Assembly (NCBI GenBank): GCA_963743915.1
Contig: CAVURN010000005.1
Coordinates: forward strand, 352,001-416,000
Direction: 5' to 3'
Source of the DNA: an uncultured Actinomycetota bacterium
GTDB lineage: Bacteria > Actinomycetota > Actinomycetes > JAHEKZ01
Length of the DNA stretch: 64,000 bases
Both the position numbers and the translations under genes were made by a program. Below the pieces are notes generated by a model, which saw only the letters and a program-made list of their open reading frames with translations, was not told the DNA's origin and did not search any database. Of the stretch, positions 52,023 to 61,334 are shown one piece after another. Position 1 is the stretch's first letter. Every line of letters begins with the position of its first letter.

Positions 52023-52876
52023 CTTGCGACTCCGTTCTGTAGGTCCATCACTGCACGGCGGACAAGATTTCCAACCAACCTTCGGCGAAACTCGGTGCTG
52101 CCATGGATGTCAGAGATGGGGGTGACCGCGTTCATGGCCACGTGCTCCGCCTGCTCCGCAAGCTCAGGAGCCAGGGCTGCACCCGCAAGCAGCTCCTCGA
52201 CAGCAGTGAGGCGAGTGACCGAACCCACCGCCGCGCCAACACTGACGCGCGGATCGGCCAGTGCTCGGTCCTGCATGATTCCCGTGATGGCAATGAGCGC
52301 GAGACCGTAGTCGCCCGCCTTTCGGGCGGCCTCCTGAAACGCCCAAGCACTCCTCGTTGTGGGGATCGAGACATGTGTGAGGATCTCGGTGTCCTTCATG
52401 CTGGTCATGAATGGCCCGGTGAAGAAGGAATCCGCCTCGATCGTGCGGGACCCTTGCGGGCCGCACACGTGAATCGCTGCACCCAAAGAGAGCAAGACGG
52501 CTGGCCATTCCCCCGAAGGGTCAGCATGGGCGGTGCTGCCACCGAAGGTCCCCCGTGAACGGATTTGCGGATGGGCGATGTGGCGAGCCGCCGCGTGAAG
52601 AATCGGGACCCGGTTCGCGACCAAGACCGACCGCTCCACCGCGCTGTGGGTAGCCCTGGCACCGATGTGAATTCGGTCGCCCTCCTCCTGGATCCTGGAC
52701 AGATCCGGAACGTGTTGCAGGTCAACCAGAAGTGAGGGTGTGGCGAGTCGCATGGCGAGCAGCGGCATCAGGCTCTGCCCGCCAGAAAGCACCTTCGCGT
52801 CTGGTTCAGAGCCAAGGTAGTGGAGCGCTTCGTCCAGAGTGCTTGGTGCGATGTACTTGAATTTCGGTGGTTTCAC
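52019..52876 (-). CDS. ndhM: Nicotine dehydrogenase medium FAD subunit
   Basis: GTG start 'KPPKFKY', 'GGQSL..LAMRLA', 'RHIAHPQIR', 'GEWP', 'GDYGLA', 'ISDIHGS'. Confidence 0.78.
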   Translation of the reverse strand: MKPPKFKYIAPSTLDEALHYLGSEPDAKVLSGGQSLMPLLAMRLATPSLLVDLQHVPDLSRIQEEGDRIHIGARATHSAVERSVLVANRVPILHAAARHIAHPQIRSRGTFGGSTAHADPSGEWPAVLLSLGAAIHVCGPQGSRTIEADSFFTGPFMTSMKDTEILTHVSIPTTRSAWAFQEAARKAGDYGLALIAITGIMQDRALADPRVSVGAAVGSVTRLTAVEELLAGAALAPELAEQAEHVAMNAVTPISDIHGSTEFRRRLVGNLVRRAVMDLQNGVAR

Positions 52877-52898
52877 ATCAGCTCCTGAGATCTTTGCG

Positions 52899-53630
52899 CT
52901 AGCGGACTCGGCGTCCGGCCGAGCGCGCTCTCGCAGCCGCGTATCCGGCGGCAACAACGCTCACGACAGCAGCCAACACGCTAACGAGGGCACTTCCGGT
53001 CGGCAGTGCCTTACTCCAGGTCAAGCCCCCAGCGAGCGCAAGGATGTCGAGAACCTCGTCGTCATTCCGATCTGATACCCGTCGAGGCTCAGGAGCCAAC
53101 GCAGGGTTGGCGGAGACGGACGTAACACCGTCCGGCGGCTGGGAATCAGATCCCGACACCGACGGTGCAGGTGGGGCAGAAGTGCCTTCAGACGCGACCA
53201 TCTCTTGGAGCCGCTCAGCAAACAGACTCATCAATGCAGCGCTCACCTCAACGAGCGCACCGCGACCGAACTGTGCGACCTTCCCAGTTAGCGCTAGGTC
53301 AGTGTCCACCATCACGCGGGTGCCGGCATTTTCGGCGGTCAGCGTCGCAGTGACGGTTGCCGTGACATTGCCCTGCCCGCGCACATCCTTGCCTCGCGCC
53401 GAAATGACGGCGGTGTGTGACTCCGGGTCCAGTGTGGTGAACGAAGCCACGCCCTTGTACTCGGAGGTAATCGGCCCCACTTTGATCTTGGCGCGCCCAT
53501 GGTACTCGTCACCATCGACGGAGGTGATCGATGCACCCGGCAGGCACGGCGCCACCTTCTCCAGGTTCGTGAGAAGGTCCCAGGCCTCCGTGGGTGAGAG
53601 CAGAACCTCGAACTCGTTGTGCAGCTGCAT
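52899..53630 (-). CDS. coxG: CoxG/SRPBCC protein with C-terminal membrane anchor
   Basis: 'VAPCLPGA', 'KVGPI...YKG', 'GKVAQFGRG'; hydrophobic tail. Confidence 0.88.
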   Translation of the reverse strand: MQLHNEFEVLLSPTEAWDLLTNLEKVAPCLPGASITSVDGDEYHGRAKIKVGPITSEYKGVASFTTLDPESHTAVISARGKDVRGQGNVTATVTATLTAENAGTRVMVDTDLALTGKVAQFGRGALVEVSAALMSLFAERLQEMVASEGTSAPPAPSVSGSDSQPPDGVTSVSANPALAPEPRRVSDRNDDEVLDILALAGGLTWSKALPTGSALVSVLAAVVSVVAAGYAAARARSAGRRVR

Positions 53631-53713
53631 CGGTGTCTCTTTCTGCTCATCGCAGTGATCGGTCGAGTGAACGGTGCTCCTGCGCTATCAGCACACAGCA
53701 ACTCCGTAAGGCA

Positions 53714-54898
53714 TCAGTCCGGCGGGGGCAAGCCGAACCGGAACTCAGCCGCTCCAGGCGGAAAGGGTCCGCCATGCTGCAACACTGCGGCCATGGCGCG
53801 AACCTTTGACAAGTATGCCCGCCCAACAGCGAGGCGTTCAGGCTCCCATGCTCGGAGAGCACCCTGCACATCGCCGGATGTGGCCAAGAGGTGGTCGACC
53901 AAGCGCCAGGCGTCGGCGGCAGCCTTCGCGGCTCCCGCCGCCGCGTGGGGTCTGGGCGTGATCGCTGCGTCACCAATGAGCGCGACCCGGTCGAAGGCCA
54001 CGTTCTGAGGTTCGCAGTCGCTGATCGTGGTGACGAAGGGGTTCGGTGCGGCGCTCAGCAGGTCGCGAAATGGCGAGACCAACTCGTTGAGGGCTCGATT
54101 GCGGAAGGTGTCGAGGCTTGTCGAGCTCAGGTCTTTGAAGTGGACCGTGACGGGGCGGCGCCCACCGTCCTTCGCCGTCATGAGGCCGTCGAGTGCCTCC
54201 CCTTCCTCCACATTCCAGTACCACTGAAAATTGATCCGAGCCCTACCTGTCACTTCCCCGTCGGAGGTGACCTGACAGATGGGGTAAGCGATGATGTGCC
54301 CATCCGGCAGTAGCCCATAGGTGAAGGTGCCTTGAAAGAAGCTCCAAATGTCGTCTGAGACGTCGCTCTCGTCGACCATGCCTCGCCACGTGACATATCC
54401 AGCGTACGTGGGCGACACCCCGAGTAGTTGGGCGCGCGCAACCGAACTCCCCCCGTCAGCGCAGACCAGTAGGTCTGCACTGACCTGGGTGCCGTCGGCG
54501 AACGAGGCTGTCGGCAGTTCTCCATCGAGATCAATACCCACGAGTTCCTTGCCAAGGTGGTAGTCCTCGGTTCCGAACACATCCAGGAGTCTCCGGTAGA
54601 TGGCGTTGTATGCGGTGAAGCGCCAGTCAGAGGCCACTTCGCCTTTCTTGAGCCCGGTCGCGGCATCGTAGTAGCACATGGCGGAACTGGCGACGCTGAT
54701 TTCTTCCAAGGTCGTGGACGTGCGCTCAAGAAGGTAGCGGACAAGTTCAGGCTGCACGACGATGCCCGTTCCAAATCCCGACAGCAGTGTTGAGCAACGC
54801 TCGTAAACCGCCACATCGCATTTAGCGTCACGCAGCAGATTGGCAGCCGTTAACCCTGCAATCGACCCACCGATCACGGCGACCTTCGGCATGCCCAT
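53714..54898 (-). CDS. dhpH: 2,6-dihydroxypyridine 3-monooxygenase
   Basis: 'GGSIAGLTAA', 'LSGFGTGIVVQPELV', 'DWRFT', 'YAGYVTWRG', 'NFQWYWNV', 'GDAAITPRPHAAAG', 'LQHGG.F.PG..F.FGLP' follow DHPH as recalled. Confidence 0.9.
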   Translation of the reverse strand: MGMPKVAVIGGSIAGLTAANLLRDAKCDVAVYERCSTLLSGFGTGIVVQPELVRYLLERTSTTLEEISVASSAMCYYDAATGLKKGEVASDWRFTAYNAIYRRLLDVFGTEDYHLGKELVGIDLDGELPTASFADGTQVSADLLVCADGGSSVARAQLLGVSPTYAGYVTWRGMVDESDVSDDIWSFFQGTFTYGLLPDGHIIAYPICQVTSDGEVTGRARINFQWYWNVEEGEALDGLMTAKDGGRRPVTVHFKDLSSTSLDTFRNRALNELVSPFRDLLSAAPNPFVTTISDCEPQNVAFDRVALIGDAAITPRPHAAAGAAKAAADAWRLVDHLLATSGDVQGALRAWEPERLAVGRAYLSKVRAMAAVLQHGGPFPPGAAEFRFGLPPPD

Positions 54899-54923
54899 GG
54901 TTGTCTCCAGTCCTGGTCAGAAG

Positions 54924-55850
54924 TCAGCCGGCGTTCAGGGCCAAGGCAATGGGTCGAAGGGGTGCGCCGCTGGCGCCGCGGAGTCGAATCGGCGCCGCGA
55001 TGAGACAGAACTCATCCACACCGTCACGCGACAGTTCCTCAAGGTTGACCAGCTCGATCATGGGGACTCCGGCCTCGGCAAGGAAGTGGCAGTGGCCCGG
55101 TAGCCAATTGTCCCCATGCTGAGACGGAGCGACTTCGACACACTCCTGGTCCGCGCCGATGGCGGAAATCCCCTGGCCGGTCAGCCACTTCGCCGCCTCA
55201 AGGCCAAGCCCGGGTGGGTTCCCGAGAACCTTCGAACCATCCGGCCAGAAGCCCATCCGTCCGGTTCTGACCATGACCACGTCACCGGGCTCCAGGGCGA
55301 GGCCTGCCTTCACCAACGCATTCCTGCAGTCGTCGATCGTGATGGCGTAGGAGTCTGGTAGGCACTCCACGCCAAGGCCCTTGGCAACGTCGAGAAGCAC
55401 GCCTCTGGTGATGATGGGCGGGATGACCTCTGCACCACCCTTCGTCCAACCGCGGCTGCCGAGAGAGTCCTCCGCCGAAAATCCGTTGTAGATGTGTCCG
55501 TCCACACCAAAGTGGTTCAAGGAGTCGATGTGGGTCCCGGTATGGGTGTACATGAACACGACGTCGCCGGAGTAACAGACATGCCGATTAACCTCGCTCC
55601 CCGCACCGTTCAAGTTGTCCACGACGGTGCCGGAGGGGGTGTGGCTCATGAACAACTGGTAGCTCGGATCGCCAGCAGCCTGGAAACTGGGCATGCCGAC
55701 GAAGTAGTCGATGCTCAGGTCGTAGCTGCGCGTCCCGTCTACTCGAGCCAAGATGGCTGCCGACTTCTCGGGAGACAGATGATTGAGCGCTCCCAACTGG
55801 TCGTCAGGGCCCCAAGGGCTAGCGGCTACCTTGATGCCCGCCTTCGCCAT
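54924..55850 (-). CDS. Cyclase / kynurenine-formamidase-like metal-dependent hydrolase (pkc-like)
   Basis: 'PWGPDDQLGALN', metal motif 'HTGTHIDSLNH', 'RGVLLD', 'RTG', 'GAPLRPIA'. Confidence 0.85.
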   Translation of the reverse strand: MAKAGIKVAASPWGPDDQLGALNHLSPEKSAAILARVDGTRSYDLSIDYFVGMPSFQAAGDPSYQLFMSHTPSGTVVDNLNGAGSEVNRHVCYSGDVVFMYTHTGTHIDSLNHFGVDGHIYNGFSAEDSLGSRGWTKGGAEVIPPIITRGVLLDVAKGLGVECLPDSYAITIDDCRNALVKAGLALEPGDVVMVRTGRMGFWPDGSKVLGNPPGLGLEAAKWLTGQGISAIGADQECVEVAPSQHGDNWLPGHCHFLAEAGVPMIELVNLEELSRDGVDEFCLIAAPIRLRGASGAPLRPIALALNAG

Positions 55851-56149
55851 CAGACGTCCGTGCGCTGGAAGTCGACCACCGCGCGTGCCGAAAAGCGCGG
55901 CAGGAGCCGCTCGACGACATCGAGGTGGAAGGGGTCGTTCGAGTAGGCGTCCAGGTCCTCCCACGAGTCGAAATCCGTGATCAGGACGCCGTCGAACGGT
56001 TCGCCGTTCTCTCCTGGATCGCCCTGGTGGCTCCCCAGCTCCCAATGCTTGATCACCGGCATGGCTGTCGGCAGTGTGTTGAGAATCTCGATGATCTCCT
56101 CGTTGCTGTGCCCCTCGGCGACTTTCCATGAGAAGACATGCCGAATCAT
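55850..56149 (-). CDS. Dabb (stress-responsive A/B barrel) protein
   Basis: 'MIRHVFSWK', 'DFDSWEDLDAYSNDPFH', 'VVDF'; AGGAGAG RBS. Confidence 0.85.
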   Translation of the reverse strand: MIRHVFSWKVAEGHSNEEIIEILNTLPTAMPVIKHWELGSHQGDPGENGEPFDGVLITDFDSWEDLDAYSNDPFHLDVVERLLPRFSARAVVDFQRTDV

Positions 56150-56242
56150 GCTGCTCTCCTAACGCTCGGTGTCGTGCGACTGCACTGCGTCAGTCTCGGA
56201 GAGAGCGCCCAGGAGCGGCTCTGCATACTCCGATAAGAACGG

Positions 56243-56258
56243 TCTGACACTTGTCAGA
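56243..56258. promoter_or_regulatory. Palindrome TCTGACA-CT-TGTCAGA upstream of the Dabb-cyclase-dhpH-coxG-ndh run
   Basis: Perfect 7-bp arms about 95 nt upstream of the Dabb start. Confidence 0.55.
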
Positions 56259-56294
56259 TGGCGGAACGATCACCACGCGTCCGAGGTGTCGGAG

Positions 56295-57515
56295 CTAACG
56301 CCCGTCCTCGCCGGAGTCTGTCCCTTCGTCTGCCGCAGGTTCAGTCCCGTCATCCAGAATTTCGGCAAGCCGAAGAGCCACCGCGAGCTCGTCTCGGCGG
56401 CTGGCGATGGGGAAGCCCAACCGCTGCTCGATAGACCTCAGTCGGTAGGCAACGGTTCTCTCATGGATCTGAATACGGGCGGCGGTGGCTGCGGCGTTCT
56501 GCCCTGTGTCAAAGTATGCCCGCAACGTCTCGCGGAGAAGCTTCGTGCGAGCGTCGTTGACGCCGACGGCACCCAACTCGCCGATCATGAAATCACGTGC
56601 GGCTGGCACGTCCTGCAAGATGAGGCTCTCGAGGGCGACATCACGATAGGTGGTCACTGGCCGGCGACAGAGTTTCCCGACCCGGAAGGCCTGCCAGGCC
56701 TGCCGATGTCCGAGGCGAAAACCCTCCAACCCAAGGGCCGGGCCACCGAGTGCGAGATACGTGCCCGGAGGCGCCTGAATGGATGACCGATGATTCTCGA
56801 AGCTGGCCTCCAGGCGACTGCTGCCCAGCCATGCCAGCGAAGTACCACCAGGACCTTCTACAACGAGCAGCGAAGCATCGAGGAGCTTCGCCATTGCTTG
56901 TAGCGCCGTGCGGGCACTGGCACCCCATGCGACCACAGCAAGGTGCTGGAGTCGAAGGTTGTACCCCAACTGCTCGGTGTCCGTTGGCACACCGCTGAGC
57001 AGGTCTGTGACGATGGCTCGACGCTGGCGGTCACGACTGTGGAAGAAGTATTCCGACTTCTCTCGTTCGTAGGTCACCACGACGTCGTGCGTGATCCGGT
57101 CGTTCCATGCGAAGTGGTACCCCGCCGCCTGCTTGAGAACGGCGATCTGACGTGGGCCGTCAGGTACCACACGCACCGTTGTCTCGAGAATCCAGTTCCA
57201 CAGAACGACCTGACCGATTCGCCGCGTCAACAGCAAGTCGGTGAGTTCGACCCCCGCCTGAGCAGCAACCCTCGCCTCTTCAAGTGCCCCTTCGGGTGCG
57301 CCTTCGGGCAGGTGACGGGCGTGGCGGAGGCCGTGGATGATGCTGGTCAGTGCCCCAGTGATGCTGGGTAGCTCTGCCTCTAACAGCATCGGGTCGTTCC
57401 GACGATAGTAGTTGGGAGCTCCTGCGCGACTGCGTTCTTGAATTTCCACGCTGATGACCGACACATCGCCTGCAAGCGCGTCAGCCACCGCCCGTAGGTC
57501 TTGCTCGATCGACAT
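56295..57515 (-). CDS. PucR/CdaR family transcriptional regulator
   Basis: C-terminal HTH 'LRETLRAYF...AAATAARIQIHERTVAYRLRSIE'; 'GLEGFRLGHRQA'. Confidence 0.9.
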   Translation of the reverse strand: MSIEQDLRAVADALAGDVSVISVEIQERSRAGAPNYYRRNDPMLLEAELPSITGALTSIIHGLRHARHLPEGAPEGALEEARVAAQAGVELTDLLLTRRIGQVVLWNWILETTVRVVPDGPRQIAVLKQAAGYHFAWNDRITHDVVVTYEREKSEYFFHSRDRQRRAIVTDLLSGVPTDTEQLGYNLRLQHLAVVAWGASARTALQAMAKLLDASLLVVEGPGGTSLAWLGSSRLEASFENHRSSIQAPPGTYLALGGPALGLEGFRLGHRQAWQAFRVGKLCRRPVTTYRDVALESLILQDVPAARDFMIGELGAVGVNDARTKLLRETLRAYFDTGQNAAATAARIQIHERTVAYRLRSIEQRLGFPIASRRDELAVALRLAEILDDGTEPAADEGTDSGEDGR

Positions 57516-57607
57516 CACGGCAGTGTAGTCCCCGATAGAGGCCGCCAGCAGCGCAACAGGGAAGGACGTAGCCCTCGTCCGGGCTACGTCCTTCCCACAA
57601 GCGGGGG

Positions 57608-58774
57608 TCAGGAGACGCCCCAAACCTCCTTGTAGATGGACTGGTAGTCAAGGCTGGTTTCCCACTGTGTGCCCTCGGGAGGCAGGCCATTCTCGCCATC
57701 GAAGACGGCCACCCCCACACCCGAGGGCACTGTCTCCTCACCCGCAAGGAGACGGTTGACCATGTCGGCAGCAGCCCAGGTTTCGATGCCGGCGTCGTAG
57801 CCGAACCCGGCATCCTGGCCCTCGTTCTTGTGGATCAGGTCGACGTTAGCCGGGAACCCGCTGCCAGCGACCACCTCAAGTGAGTCATTGCGGCCAGATG
57901 ACATCACCGCGGCTGCTCCACCTGTCGTCATCAGGTCGTCGTAGGAGACCGAAATCCCATTGGCATCTGGGTTGCGCAGGAGTGCAGTCTCGAACTTCTG
58001 CTGCAGTGGAGGACCGAACTCCGCGGTCTTGACCTCAACGGTCTCCACCGGGCACGTCGGACACATCTCCTCCATCTTCGCCTGGAAACCGTCGCTGATG
58101 GCCTTCGTGATGATCAGTTCAGGAACGCTGAACTCGATGATATTGGCCTCCTCGCCGAGCCGTGAGAGAAGCCATACTGCTTGGGACGCGCCCAGGGCCT
58201 CCGCCCACTCCACGAAGTTGCCTTCCTGAAACTCCAGCGTACGCGCGAAGTACGACTCGGAGTTCGGATCCACGTCGCTGCAGTCGGCAGCCTCCTGAGA
58301 GACCACGGGGATCCCAGCCTGCTTGGCCTCCTCCAACGCGTTCTTCACCAGCGGGCAGTCGATCGAGAAGAGCCAGATGACATCGGCGTTGCTGGCGATA
58401 GCCCGCCGGATGCCCTCCTGGTACGCCGCTGGCTCGTACTTGCCGTCGTAGATGGACAGGTCCCAACCAAGCAGCTCAGCAACCTCCGTGGCCGCCTCGG
58501 CCTGCTTGGTGCCGGTTGGCGATTGCACTCCTGAGTTCACGATGGCCACACGCGCATCGGGTTGAGCGGCAGGCCCGCTGTCCGGGGGCAAGGCAAACGT
58601 CCCATCGCCAAACAACGCTTCGAGCTCCGTTGTCGCCTGCTCGGAGACCGCGTCGTCCGAGCCGGTCTGGGTGCCTTCGCCAGACTCGGTGCTGCACGCG
58701 GCAGCGGTGAGCACCGCGGCAAGCACCGCAGCGACGCCAAGCAGGCGTCTAGGACTTCTCATGAAGGGATGCAT
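57608..58774 (-). CDS. Periplasmic-binding-protein type I (RbsB-like) ABC lipoprotein
   Basis: Signal peptide with lipobox 'TAAAC'; 'LGWDLSIYDGK', 'AGIPVV', 'LLRNPDAN'. Confidence 0.85.
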   Translation of the reverse strand: MHPFMRSPRRLLGVAAVLAAVLTAAACSTESGEGTQTGSDDAVSEQATTELEALFGDGTFALPPDSGPAAQPDARVAIVNSGVQSPTGTKQAEAATEVAELLGWDLSIYDGKYEPAAYQEGIRRAIASNADVIWLFSIDCPLVKNALEEAKQAGIPVVSQEAADCSDVDPNSESYFARTLEFQEGNFVEWAEALGASQAVWLLSRLGEEANIIEFSVPELIITKAISDGFQAKMEEMCPTCPVETVEVKTAEFGPPLQQKFETALLRNPDANGISVSYDDLMTTGGAAAVMSSGRNDSLEVVAGSGFPANVDLIHKNEGQDAGFGYDAGIETWAAADMVNRLLAGEETVPSGVGVAVFDGENGLPPEGTQWETSLDYQSIYKEVWGVS

Positions 58775-59125
58775 GTTCTTCCTCTTTCGGTGCTGGCTGC
58801 TCGGGACAATTGCCGTGCGGGTCGAAGCGATGAAGGCTGGGTAAGTCGAAAGCCATCAGCATCGGCCCCAACTACCGCAACCCCAACTCCGTTCACCGTG
58901 GGTTGTCCTCTCCGTCAAGTTGGCGTCATCCTGTCGGGCCAGGCCGGACACTTCGTTGCGGTTTCGGACGATCTAGGGCAGGGCCCTATCACCTTCCAAC
59001 AAAAACCAGGCGCGGCACGGCTTTTTGTCACGTAGGCCAGTCGATCCACACCGATCATCACCAGGACCTCACGGGTCACGGTCCCCGTCGGTGAAGAGTC
59101 TCAGACGCACAGGTGCCGCAGGCCA

Positions 59126-61246
59126 TCAAGGCGCTGCAGTCACGGTGATTCCCTCGAGGTCAAGGCGAAGGGGCTCCCGCTTGTAGGGAAGCGCAACTGC
59201 CGGATCCGGTGAATCAAACTCGCGCGCCAACCGGTGGCCGTCGAACATCGCCTCGGCCATCGCGCGCGGAGAGGAGGCGTCGCCGACGCAGTAGACGCCA
59301 CGGATACCCGACTCAGACAAGCTTTTGCGGTCACTGACAAGCGCGTTGTACATCTCGTCCACAGGCACGCGCATCGTCACCAAGACAAGTGCCCCGGTCT
59401 CCACCCGGAATGATTCCCCATGTGCCCCGAGCCCGACGAGGTGTCTACGGTGTGCCGCAGTCAAGGTGACCTCGCGATACATGGCGACCCGGCTACGGTG
59501 GAGTGTCGTCCGAATCGCATTCCCCTCCAGCGTCAAGTCCGCCTCGGGCGCAACCTGCGCATGCGGTGTGACAAGAGCGACTTCGTACCCCTCGTCGGCA
59601 AGGAGCTGCGCAAGGCCGGCGCCCATGTAGTAGCCCTCGGTGTCGTATACCGTGACGTGGGTCCCCTCGGTAGGACGTCGGGCCTCCGCCATCAGTTGCT
59701 CAGGCGTGAATACCCAGTCGCCCCCTTCATCAATCCCTGGCAAGGACGCGTGTGTCCCGGGTGATGCTCCACTACGCAGCCAGCGTGCGCCTGTGGCCAC
59801 GACCACGTGCGAAGCGCCATAGTCAAGAACGTCGGTGGCATCCAACCTGGTCGACGGGATGTAGGCCAGGTTGGGGAGCTTGTCGATCTGGATCTGCCGA
59901 TGGTCGATGAACCGAGCCCACTCCCGCATGCCCGACAACTCAGCGACCGGTCGAAGGTGCCCGCCGAGCTGCTCTGCGGCGTCGACGAGGTGCACTCTCT
60001 CCGCCCCTCGTTTGGCCAGACCGATCGCTGCCTCCATGCCCGCCGGACCTGCTCCCACTATCAAGACACTGACCTCAGGATCAGCTAGGGGTTCGAAGCG
60101 CTCCGGGTGCCACCCGCGCCTGAACTCCTCCCCCGCGGTGGGGTTCTGAGCACAGGCGAGGTTGCCCCGGTCGAGGCTACTGATGCAGTAGTTGATCCCC
60201 GTGCATTCGCGGATGTCCTCGGTGCGACCCTCCTGGACCTTCTTCGGAAAGAAGGGGTCCGCGATGGACTGACGAGCGCTGCCGACGAGGTCTATCAGTC
60301 CGGATCGCACAGCCTGCGCCATGAGATCGGGGTTGGTCAGTCGTGACACTCCCACCACGGGCTTCGTGGCGGCCCGACGGACTCGTCCGATGAGCTCCAG
60401 GTTGTGGCCTTCAGGCCAGATCCGGGAGGGACTGATGTCGGTCTCCATGTCCAAGTGGGCGCCGAAGTTCAGGTCCCAGAGGTCGACCAGCGAGTCCCCC
60501 ATCCCGACAAGGGCCACAGTGTCCTCCACACTGTGTCCCCATGGGCCCTGGGTCTCCACCGCCAACCGTGTCGCGATGGCGCACTCGCCACCAACGGCCT
60601 CGCGCACCCGGCTGAGCGTCTCGAGCCAAAACCTCGCTCGATTCTCTAGCGTCCCGCCATACCTGTCGCTGCGCTGGTTGTGGAAGGGCGAGAGGAACTG
60701 GGCGAACAGGTAGCCATAACCCGCGAGCACTTCCACGATGTCGTAGCCGACTTCGCGAGCGCGCACTGCGGCGCCCACGAAGGCCCGCTGCACACGCTCG
60801 ATGTCGTCCAGGGTCATGATCTTCGGTGTCTCCGGCGGATACCACGGAGGGTGTCGTTCCGATGACAGGCCAGAGGCAGAGAGTGCGGGTTCACGTGAAT
60901 GCCGACGCAGCGACTGAACGCCGCCGTGGTGAAGCTCGATGCAGGCCAGCGCACCATGAGCGTGGACAGAATCCACCATCAACGTGTGACGAGAGGCGTC
61001 CTCCTCGTCCCAGAGATCGCTCGAATACCATGGCCACTCATCGCTGCTGGGGCCGACGCTGGAGAACTCTGTCGACACGGCCGCCCACCCGCCCTCCGCA
61101 CGAGCAGCCCGGTAAGCAGCCCAGGTGGCCGGACGGAAGGTTCCAAAGGCGGTGCCGTGGGGCACGTTGTAGAACCGATTGCGAAGGGTTTTGGGGCCGA
61201 CGACGACCGAATCGAAGAGGATCTTGTGATTGTCGGCTATCGGCAC
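59126..61246 (-). CDS. TMADH/histamine-dehydrogenase-family flavoprotein, degenerate cofactor motifs
   Basis: GTG at 61246; 'NRFYNVPHGT', 'YGGTLENRARF', 'SIADPF', 'IRECTGINYC', 'GEEFRRGWHPE', 'VGAGPAG', 'ATGA.W', 'GDA..PR'. Confidence 0.88.
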   Translation of the reverse strand: MPIADNHKILFDSVVVGPKTLRNRFYNVPHGTAFGTFRPATWAAYRAARAEGGWAAVSTEFSSVGPSSDEWPWYSSDLWDEEDASRHTLMVDSVHAHGALACIELHHGGVQSLRRHSREPALSASGLSSERHPPWYPPETPKIMTLDDIERVQRAFVGAAVRAREVGYDIVEVLAGYGYLFAQFLSPFHNQRSDRYGGTLENRARFWLETLSRVREAVGGECAIATRLAVETQGPWGHSVEDTVALVGMGDSLVDLWDLNFGAHLDMETDISPSRIWPEGHNLELIGRVRRAATKPVVGVSRLTNPDLMAQAVRSGLIDLVGSARQSIADPFFPKKVQEGRTEDIRECTGINYCISSLDRGNLACAQNPTAGEEFRRGWHPERFEPLADPEVSVLIVGAGPAGMEAAIGLAKRGAERVHLVDAAEQLGGHLRPVAELSGMREWARFIDHRQIQIDKLPNLAYIPSTRLDATDVLDYGASHVVVATGARWLRSGASPGTHASLPGIDEGGDWVFTPEQLMAEARRPTEGTHVTVYDTEGYYMGAGLAQLLADEGYEVALVTPHAQVAPEADLTLEGNAIRTTLHRSRVAMYREVTLTAAHRRHLVGLGAHGESFRVETGALVLVTMRVPVDEMYNALVSDRKSLSESGIRGVYCVGDASSPRAMAEAMFDGHRLAREFDSPDPAVALPYKREPLRLDLEGITVTAAP

Positions 61247-61334
61247 GAAGGGACCATCCTTGGTCAGGTCGGTTTGGCGGCCAGCGCGTGGCAGTCGTGG
61301 AACTCGGCCCTGGGCGTCGGCGCAGGTTCGGCGA

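Noticed and set aside
39687-53630. Aerobic carbon monoxide dehydrogenase (coxMSL)
   Set aside because: Large-subunit active-site loops read AYRAPGR and AYRGVGY, not AYxCSFR (form I) or AYxGAGR (form II); the neighbours are pnh and dhpH.
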